Source of the DNA: Polyangiaceae bacterium
Lineage (GTDB): Bacteria; Myxococcota_A; Polyangia; Polyangiales; Polyangiaceae
DNA: 64,000 nt
Assembly: GCA_049512415.1 (NCBI GenBank)
Contig: JBEKXD010000020.1
Location: 732 to 64,731 of the forward strand
Direction of reading: 5' to 3'
The notes under the pieces were generated by a model. It saw only the letters and a list, made by a program, of their open reading frames with translations. It did not search any database and had not been told where the DNA came from. The position numbers and the translations under genes were made by a program. This document shows, piece by piece, positions 9,651 to 17,900 of this stretch. Position 1 is the first letter of the stretch. The number at the start of each line of letters is the position of its first letter.

Positions 9651-12029
9651 CTACTTTACCCCGCCGGGGCCGGAGGGCTCCGCGCAGTAGCCGTTCAAGC
9701 AAAGGTACCCGGCCCCTGCTCCGCAGCAGTCGGCCGCGGTGATGCACCTTTCGAACTCATTGGCGCACCCGATGACGCCCTTCATGCACACCAGGCCCCC
9801 GCCGTCGCCCGGGCTGCGGCAGAATCCGTCGCAGCACTGGTCCCCCGTGCTGCACGGGCTGCCATCCGGCCGGCACGGCTGGACGACCCAATAGCCCTTC
9901 ATGTCGCCGGCGTTGAGCTCTTGGCCCGGCAGGTAGAAGGCGGGATGGCTCGGGTCCACACCGCTCGTCGGATTCTGGTCGATCGCGGCGACCCAGAGCT
10001 TCTTGGTGATGGGGTGGTTGACTGGGGAGTACTGGGCGCTGTCGGTGTAGGGATCGCCCGTCGCAACGTTTCCATAAAGTCGGCGGGTCGTGAACACAAC
10101 CCAGTAGTAGCCGCCCGACGCGATGGGGTTCACGGTCGGCTCATAGTTGTAGACCGTGTCGCTCGCGTGATTCGTTCCGGCGTCGGGGAGATACGATGTC
10201 GCGCAGTCACTCCCCAAGCCGTTGAGGGCACAGAGGACCTGCGGCGTCATCTGCGAAGTCTGCCGCGCGTCGGCGATCATCAACTGCGCCGTCCCATTTT
10301 GGTACGTATTGAGCGCGGAGCCTCCCCCTGAGGCAGTGATCGTGCTTTGAAATACGACGAAGTTACCATCCGGCGAGAAGGACGGCCATCCGGCGTAGCG
10401 CTTGGGATTGTTGTAAATCTGACGAAGGTTGGTAAACGAATAGGGCGGAGCGCCGCACGTCACGCTGCCCGCCGTCGCACCGCAATCAAAGTCCATGACC
10501 GCCAGCGACCCCTCTCCCGGCGTCGCCCCCGCGTCGGCGTTGGACACCCCTTGCCGGAAGTTGAACGCCACGTGCTGACCGTCCGGAGAAAAGGCCGGCG
10601 TGACGGCTTGCTGCACGAGGCTCTTGAAGCCCGTCGATGGAATCGAAAGTAGCGTGCCGCGATCGAAAATGTCCGAGTTGCTCGTGTAAGCCCACCAGTT
10701 GTCGTTGGAGTTCGCCAGGCCAAATGTGCCGTCCGGGTAGAGGCCCGAATACGTGAATATTCCTTGAGCGTAAGGATTGATGAGCGCCCCGGCGTTCGTC
10801 AGATCGTAGGAGCCACCATTGTACGTCCCGGAGGTGTTGTACTGGCCGTAGGTCGCGAACAGACTCGACCCGTTGGCCGACACTTCGTGGCACACGTGAC
10901 AAGTGCCTTGGAGCGACGGGATCGCGAGCGTCGGGGCGGGAGCTCCAGGCTGGATCTGCAGCACTGCGCCTTGGGGTACGCCCGCATCGCTGACGTTCAA
11001 GACCGTGAGGTACGAGGCGTAGTAGACGACTCCCTGTAGGATATCTGGGGAGATGATCCAGTTCTCCGCGATCGGACCGATGACGCCGTCGGCCGCCGCA
11101 ATCGTGACTTCGGCGTGCAGCTGGTCGCCCTGATTGCCGTGCGTGGCTTGGTCCCAGGCCGTCTGGTCGATCGGCTGGCGCATGAGCTGCGGGCCGGTGA
11201 GACCCGCGGCGAACGTGTAATAGCCCTTGAAGTCGAAATCGGTCTGAGACAAGTGGATGTAGACGGCCGTCGCCGTGTGAGTCGTCGTCCACTGGAGGAG
11301 CGGAGCCTGCAGGCCGCGCGGCCAGACTGTCTTGTCGTACGGGTAGAGGAAACTCATCTCCGCGGCGGAAGCGGGAGGCGTGACGGTGCCGCTGAATAGG
11401 CTCGGGTCGGCTGGCCCGCCAGGACCCTCGCCTCCGACACCCCCGTAGCCCGCCGGCCCGATGTTGCCGGCGGGCGTGCCGCCGTGATTCGTGATTGCGA
11501 TCTGCACGGTGACGGTGGTCGTACCGATGTGGGCTCCGAAGGACGCGGTGACGTTTGCGGTGCCAGGGAGAGTTCCGCTGGCTGTAAACGTTCCGCCGGT
11601 GTCGATGGCACCAAGGTCGCCGCGATCGAGAGACCACTCGGCCGGGTAGGTCGTCCCGTTGGCGCTCGCGGTGAAGGTCACGGAACTGCTGGTCACCGTG
11701 CCGTCGACGATGGTGACGCTGAGGACGGGATTCGCCGGTGTGATGGTCAGCGGGAGACCCCCGCCGTCGTCGCCGAGCGAGCCCGACGGACCGTCGTCGC
11801 CCTGCTGGACGATCGAGCCGGTGTCCACCGCCACGATGGATGAATCGTATTCTGCGCCGCTCGAGCCGTCGGTCGAAGTCGACGCATCCTTGGACGAGTA
11901 CGTCGACCCGCCCGTGTCGTCGCTGGGACCGCCGTTTGCGCAGCCGAGCGGCGCGAGCAGGACCGCCGTGACCCATAGCGGCCAAGCGAGCCACGAGAGA
12001 AGAGCGTCGAGAGATGCGATTGGCTTCAT
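9651..12029 (-). CDS. secreted lipoprotein, paralog A: Ig-like (Big_2-type) domain, CXXCH motif, PD40/TolB-like motifs, C-terminal double cystine-knot-like tail
   Basis: The lipobox is LLAPLGC. The Big_2-like segment is LTITPANPVLSVTIVDGTVTSSSVTFTASANG...TVTVQI. It also has GTCHVCHEV, the PD40-like motifs SPDGQHVAFNF and SPDGNFVVFQS, and a 12-Cys C-terminus. It is clearly a paralog of 12098..14569. Confidence 0.85.
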   Translation of the reverse strand: MKPIASLDALLSWLAWPLWVTAVLLAPLGCANGGPSDDTGGSTYSSKDASTSTDGSSGAEYDSSIVAVDTGSIVQQGDDGPSGSLGDDGGGLPLTITPANPVLSVTIVDGTVTSSSVTFTASANGTTYPAEWSLDRGDLGAIDTGGTFTASGTLPGTANVTASFGAHIGTTTVTVQIAITNHGGTPAGNIGPAGYGGVGGEGPGGPADPSLFSGTVTPPASAAEMSFLYPYDKTVWPRGLQAPLLQWTTTHTATAVYIHLSQTDFDFKGYYTFAAGLTGPQLMRQPIDQTAWDQATHGNQGDQLHAEVTIAAADGVIGPIAENWIISPDILQGVVYYASYLTVLNVSDAGVPQGAVLQIQPGAPAPTLAIPSLQGTCHVCHEVSANGSSLFATYGQYNTSGTYNGGSYDLTNAGALINPYAQGIFTYSGLYPDGTFGLANSNDNWWAYTSNSDIFDRGTLLSIPSTGFKSLVQQAVTPAFSPDGQHVAFNFRQGVSNADAGATPGEGSLAVMDFDCGATAGSVTCGAPPYSFTNLRQIYNNPKRYAGWPSFSPDGNFVVFQSTITASGGGSALNTYQNGTAQLMIADARQTSQMTPQVLCALNGLGSDCATSYLPDAGTNHASDTVYNYEPTVNPIASGGYYWVVFTTRRLYGNVATGDPYTDSAQYSPVNHPITKKLWVAAIDQNPTSGVDPSHPAFYLPGQELNAGDMKGYWVVQPCRPDGSPCSTGDQCCDGFCRSPGDGGGLVCMKGVIGCANEFERCITAADCCGAGAGYLCLNGYCAEPSGPGGVK

Positions 12030-12097
12030 AGGGGTGACCCGCTTCCGGTCTACGGTCGTGATTGCGAGCTAAGAAGGTGCAGACAAGGGTGCGGATG

Positions 12098-14569
12098 TTA
12101 AAAAACCTTGGTCGGGCTTGAGGGCTCCGAGCAGTATCCGTTCAAGCAGAGGTATCCGTCGGCAGCTCCGCAGCAGTCGGCGGCCGTGATGCACTTTTCG
12201 AACTCGTTGGCGCAGCCGGGGACGACCTTCATACAGACCAGTGCCCCGCCTCCCGCCGGGCTGCGGCAAAAGCCTCCGCAGCACTGGTCCCCAGACGTGC
12301 ACACGCTGCCGTCGGGTCTGCATGGGTCGACGACCCAGTAGCCTTTCATGTCGCCCGCGTTGAGCTCTTGGCCGGGGAGATAGAACGCGGGATGGCTCGG
12401 GTCTTTGCCCGCCGTCGGGTTCTCGTCGATCGCGGCGACCCAGAGCTTCTTGGTGAGAGGATAAGTGGACGCACCGTACTCGTTATCATATGGCCCGCTC
12501 TGGGCAATATTGCCGTACGCTCGACGCGAAGTGAAAACGACCCAGAAATACCCGCCCGACGCGACGGGGTTCACGTTCGGCTCGTAGTTGTGGACGGTGT
12601 CCGTCGTGTGATCCTGCTTGGGTACATCGTTCGCCGAGGTGTCGAGCGGCCCGACCACCGGCAGGTAGGAGGTAGCGCAGTCACTCTGTAGGCCGTTGAG
12701 TGCGCAGAGGCGTTGCGGCTGCATCTTCGGCGGCTGCCGCGTGTCGGCGATCATGAGCTCGGCTGTAGCCCCGGAGTACGTATTGAGCACCGAATTGGTG
12801 GGGTAAGGGGGGGAGTTGCCGTTGTTCACCGACGGGTTGATGGTGCTTTGGAGCACGACGAAATTGCCGTCGGGAGTGAAGGACGGCCAGCCGGGATAAC
12901 GGGTAGGGTCGCTATAGATCTGGCGAAGATTGCTGAACGCGTAGGGCGGTGCGCCGCACGTTACGCTCCCAGCCGACGCGCCACAGTCGAAGTCCATCGC
13001 GTCCAGCACATGCCCAACGCCTGTGACTCCACCGTCGATGATTTGAGTGGGAGGGTAGTTGAACGCGACGTGTTGCCCGTCCGGCGAGAAGGACGGGGTC
13101 ACGGCCTGGGTGATCAGGTTGGTGAAGCCGGTCGAGGGAATGGCGAGGAGAGTGTCTCGCGAAAAGATGTTCGAGGCCTCTCGGAAGGACCACCAGTTGT
13201 CCATCGAGTTTGCGAGCGCAAACGTTCCATCGGGGTAGATACCCCCATAGGTGAACTTACCTTCGACGTCGTAATAGCCAATTCCATTGCCTTCGGCCGT
13301 CTGGTCGTATGCTTTGATGAGCGCGCCGCCGTCCGTGAGGTCGTACGACCCGCCCAGGCCGTAGTCCCATGTCAGTCCGTTGGCCGCAAACAGCGTAGAC
13401 CCATTGGCCGACACCTCGTGGCACACGTGACACGTGCCCTTGAGCGATGGGATGGCGAGCGTCGGCGCCGCCACGCCGGGTTGAATCTTCATGACGGCCC
13501 CCTCTGGATTGCCCGCATCGTCGAGATTTAGGACGGTGCTGTACGTTCCGTAATAGACAGTGCCTTGAAGGATATCGGGGGAGATAATCCAATCCTCTGC
13601 GATGGGACCGAATACGCCGTCGGCCGCGGCGATCGTAACCTCGGCATGGAGCGCGTCGCCCTGGTTGCCGTGCGTGGCCTGATCCCACGCGGTCTGGTCG
13701 ATCGGCTGGCGCATCAGCTGGGGCCCCGGCGTCAGCCCGGCCGCGAACTGGTAGTATCCCTTGAAGTCGAAATCGGTCTGCGACAAGTGGATGTACACGG
13801 CGGTGGCTGTGTGCGTGGTCGTCCACTGGAGAAGGGGAGCCGCTAGGCCGCGCGGCCAGACGGTCTTGTCGTAGGGGTAGAGAAAGCTCAGCTCCGAGGG
13901 AGAGGATGGCGCGGTGACCGTCCCCCCAAATACGCTGGCGTTCGCGGGGCCGCCGGGCCCCTCGCCCCCCACGCCACCGTAGCCGGCCGGGCCCGAGTCG
14001 CCCGCCGGCGTCCCTCCGTGATTTGTTACGGAGAGCTGCACGGTCACCGTCGTCGTGCCGAGGTGGGCTCCGAACGACGCCGTGACTGTGGCGACGCCGG
14101 GAAGGCCGCCGCTGGCCGTGAAGATGCCGCTGGCCGCGTCGATCGCGCCGATGGCCCCCTGGTCGAGAGACCACACCGCCGGGACAGTCGTGCCGCTGGC
14201 GCTCGCGGTGAAGGTCACGGAGCTCGCGGTTACGATGCCGTCGACGATCGTGACCTCGAGGACGGGGTTCGCCGGCTCCACGTCCAGTGGGCCGCCGTCG
14301 TCGCCGGAGGGGCTCGTTTGACCTCCGTCGTCGCCCCCGTAGACGATGCTTGATCCCGTGTCGGGGGGCACCACAATCGTCGCGTCGCCCCCTCCGGAGG
14401 ACGACCCGACATAGCTCGACGAGCCGTCGGAGAAGCCACCGCCGGGCTCATCGCCGCTCGTCGCACCGGTCGCGCAATGCGGCGCCGCTGTCCCCACAAA
14501 CAGGAGAAACAGTGCATATTCTAGCCATGCGAGAACCCCGTGTGACCGCGTTCTGGCGTTAGATTTCAT
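12098..14569 (-). CDS. secreted protein, paralog B of 9651..12029 (same architecture)
   Basis: It is collinear with paralog A along the whole length, with the same Big_2-like segment, GTCHVCHEV, PD40-like motifs and 12-Cys tail. It has an ATG start and a signal peptide. Confidence 0.85.
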   Translation of the reverse strand: MKSNARTRSHGVLAWLEYALFLLFVGTAAPHCATGATSGDEPGGGFSDGSSSYVGSSSGGGDATIVVPPDTGSSIVYGGDDGGQTSPSGDDGGPLDVEPANPVLEVTIVDGIVTASSVTFTASASGTTVPAVWSLDQGAIGAIDAASGIFTASGGLPGVATVTASFGAHLGTTTVTVQLSVTNHGGTPAGDSGPAGYGGVGGEGPGGPANASVFGGTVTAPSSPSELSFLYPYDKTVWPRGLAAPLLQWTTTHTATAVYIHLSQTDFDFKGYYQFAAGLTPGPQLMRQPIDQTAWDQATHGNQGDALHAEVTIAAADGVFGPIAEDWIISPDILQGTVYYGTYSTVLNLDDAGNPEGAVMKIQPGVAAPTLAIPSLKGTCHVCHEVSANGSTLFAANGLTWDYGLGGSYDLTDGGALIKAYDQTAEGNGIGYYDVEGKFTYGGIYPDGTFALANSMDNWWSFREASNIFSRDTLLAIPSTGFTNLITQAVTPSFSPDGQHVAFNYPPTQIIDGGVTGVGHVLDAMDFDCGASAGSVTCGAPPYAFSNLRQIYSDPTRYPGWPSFTPDGNFVVLQSTINPSVNNGNSPPYPTNSVLNTYSGATAELMIADTRQPPKMQPQRLCALNGLQSDCATSYLPVVGPLDTSANDVPKQDHTTDTVHNYEPNVNPVASGGYFWVVFTSRRAYGNIAQSGPYDNEYGASTYPLTKKLWVAAIDENPTAGKDPSHPAFYLPGQELNAGDMKGYWVVDPCRPDGSVCTSGDQCCGGFCRSPAGGGALVCMKVVPGCANEFEKCITAADCCGAADGYLCLNGYCSEPSSPTKVF

Positions 14570-14950
14570 AAATTCAGCAGGCTCCCGTCGCTCGTCATCA
14601 TATCTATGTGCCGGCTATCGGCTAGGTTGGCTCAACTCGCTTGGAGCCAATCCGCCCCGTGCGCCACTCGTGATGAGGGCCGGGAGCGCCGAATCTTTGG
14701 AACGTTCCCACGCTCCGGTGGCGTCCACACCAGGTCGCGACGGCCGCAGCCACTGGGGACCGAATTGAGACGAGACGAGGCCACTGCACTTTTCTTGTTG
14801 AAACGGACGAGCGGCAAGTAAGGCGGTCTGCCACAAATTGCGTTGAGATCGGAAGATTACCACTCTGAACTAGGGTATCTTATGCTTCAGCGTAGTTTAC
14901 GCGTGCCGTTCGCCAGCCCGAAAGCCGCTCACTTGGAAGGACACATAGAG

Positions 14951-17900
14951 ATGCATGCTCGTACCGAGTCACTTCCGCTTCTCGCGGCCCTCGCTCTCAT
15001 TGCCGGGCTCGCAGCCGGTTGCGGGGGAGGGGGAGCGGCGCCCGCACGTGGCTCGGAATTCGGTGACGCGTCCTTCGCGGACTCGGCTGCCAGCGCCTTG
15101 GATGCTTATTCGCAGGACGAATGGCAGGGGCTGATCGCGCCACCCGATTCGGGGGGTAGCGACTCCGCGACTCCCGCTTGCGACGGGAGCTGTTCTTCCG
15201 GAGTGGACTCGGCTTCCGCCGGCTACTGCGGCGATGGCATCATCGAGGCCGGGGAGCAGTGCGACGATGGCAACTCGGTGCCGGGTGATGGCTGCTCGGG
15301 CACGTGCCAGATCGAGCCCGGATACACGTGCCCGATGCAGGGAAAGCCCTGCGTGCTCACGGTGACTCTGACGTGCGGCGATGGCAAGATCGAGGGGAGC
15401 GAGGAGTGCGACGATGGCAACCAGACCTCGGGCGACGGCTGTTCGTCGACCTGTCAGGTCGAACCTGGCTGGGCCTGCCCAACTCCGGGCCAACCGTGCG
15501 TCCGGATCTCGACCCTCGACGCGAGCGGGCCGACGTGCGGCGATGGCATAATCGAGTCGGGCGAGCAGTGCGACGACGGCAACACGGTCTCGGGCGACGG
15601 CTGTTCCAGCACGTGCCAGCTCGAGCCGGGCTACTACTGCCCCGCGCCTGGGCAGCTTTGCAAGCTCGAATGCGGCGACGGTGTTGTCGAGTCGGGCGAG
15701 CAGTGCGATCTCGGCGCGCAGAACGGCGTGACGGGGAGCGGTTGCACCTCGACGTGCAACATCGTCCCAGGGTACGCGTGCCCGCTGGCGGGCCATCCCT
15801 GTGTCAAGCTCGGCCAGCCTACGACGTGCGGAAACGGGGTGCTGGACCCCGGAGAGCAGTGCGATCTCGGATCTCAGAACGGAGTGGCCGGAAGCGGCTG
15901 CACGGCCAATTGCTCGATAGCGCTTGGATACTACTGCGATGCGGGGACCTCGTGTGCTCAGGCGCCGCCGAACACCTGCGGCAACGGAGTGCTGGACCCG
16001 GGCGAGCAGTGCGACCTCGGCTCTCAGAACGGAGTGGCTGGCAGCGGGTGCACTGCAACGTGCACGATTCTCGCCGGCTACTCTTGCTCCGACGCGGGCA
16101 CCTGCGTGCTAAACCAGCTCGACAAGTGCGGCAACGGCGTCCTCGATCCTGGTGAGCTGTGCGACGACGGAAACACCGTGCCGGGCGATGGCTGCTCGGG
16201 CACGTGCACGATTGAGCCAGGCTGGTCGTGTCCCGACGTGGGCCAGCCTTGCGAGCGCGTCTGGGTCTGCGGAAACGGGATTGTGGACCCCGGCGAGCAG
16301 TGCGACTTGGGGCTGCTCAACGAAGGCGATGCCGGGACGTCGACGAGTGGATGCACCTCTTCTTGCCAAGTGGCGACCGGCTACACGTGCACCAGCGCCT
16401 CGGCCGGCGGGGGCGGCGCTGACGCTGGGACGGTGGACGCGGCCGTGGTCGACGCGTCCGTGGTCGACGCGTCCGTCGGCGACGCGACGGTCGGCGATGC
16501 GACCGCAGCGGATGCTGCCGCGGCCGACGCGGCGGCGGTCGAAGCTGCCGTGGTCGATGCGGCCCCCGCCGGCACGACCGACGCGGGCAGCGTGTGCACC
16601 AAGATCAACCTGTGCGGCAACGGCGTGGTCGACGTTGCGGCCGGAGAGCAGTGCGACACCGGGCCTCTCAACGGAACCGGCGGCTGCACGACGTCCTGTA
16701 CGATCGTGTCGGGCTGGACCTGTCCGAGCGGAGGGCACTTCGCTTGCACCACCGTGTGCGGTGACGGGATCGTCGCCGGCTACGAACAGTGCGACTTCGG
16801 TTCGGCCAACGGCAGCACCGACGCCGGCGTGAGCGCGTGCACGACCGCGTGCACGATTCAGTCGGGGTATGCGTGCAGCAACAAAGGGCCGGCGACCAGC
16901 CAGGCCGATTGCCACGTCACCGTCTGCGGCGACGGAACACCGGAGGGCGCCGAAGAGTGCGACGACGGCAATCTCCGGCCATACGATGGGTGCTCGCCCT
17001 GGTGCAAGATCGAGCCGACGTGCGCCAAGGGCAGCTGCACCGCCGTCTGCGGAGATGGACAGGTGACTTCGCCGGAGGAGTGCGACGATGGCAACACGGT
17101 CTCGGGAGACGGGTGCAGCAACGTTTGCAAGATAGAGCCCGGGTGGACCTGCACGACCGTTGTCGAGCCGCCCGGCGCCTCGATCATCGTCCCCATTCTC
17201 TTCAGGGACATGCACTACTGCAACGCGGCGGACTGCGGCCAGCAGGGCGACGGGTACACGTCAGCCAACACGCTCCTAACACCGAACACGCCGCCGAACG
17301 GGCACCCGGATTTCAATCGAGACTCGTACGAACCCGGGACCACTCCGCGAACCGGACTGGTGGCCCAGCAGCTAGGCACCGACAACGAGCCGGTGTTCGC
17401 GTCGACCACGGGGGATGACCCGACCAGCCCGGCGCTGACCGGAGCCGTCCCCTTCTGCTGGTGGTACCACGATACCGGCTGCAGCGGGGCCGGCAGCACG
17501 AATCCGTACGCCATGGACGTCTGGCTCGATGCCGTCCAGAATCCGATGACCCTCCAGCTCACGCCCCAGGTCGCGGGCTCGACAGTATACGAGTTCAACA
17601 ACCAGGCGTTCTTCCCGCTCAACAACTTGGGCTGGGACAACCCGAGCGCCACGCTCAATCCTTACTGGTACAACGACCCGCAGACGTCCGCGGGCAAGGA
17701 CGGCGCGGGCAACGCGGTAGCCGGAGTCCAGAATTTCTCGTTCACGAGCGAGCTCCACTATCGCTTCACCTACCAGGCTATGTTGGCGGCCAGCGCCAAC
17801 CCGCCGGCTTTCACGTTTACCGGCGACGACGACGTCTGGGCGTTCGTGAACGGTCAACTGTTCATGGACCTCGGCGGCATGCACCCGGCCAAGTCGGGGT

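Noticed and set aside
14570-14950. The low-GC 381-nt divergent region between paralog B and the giant Cys-repeat gene. I looked for a sigma-54 promoter (ttggaacgttcccacgc) and a small RNA (7-bp hairpin ttggctc/gagccaa at 14627-14650).
   Set aside because: TGGAAC-N5-CACG does not fit the -24/-12 consensus. The hairpin is short and unaccompanied by other signals. The region is most simply two divergent promoters.
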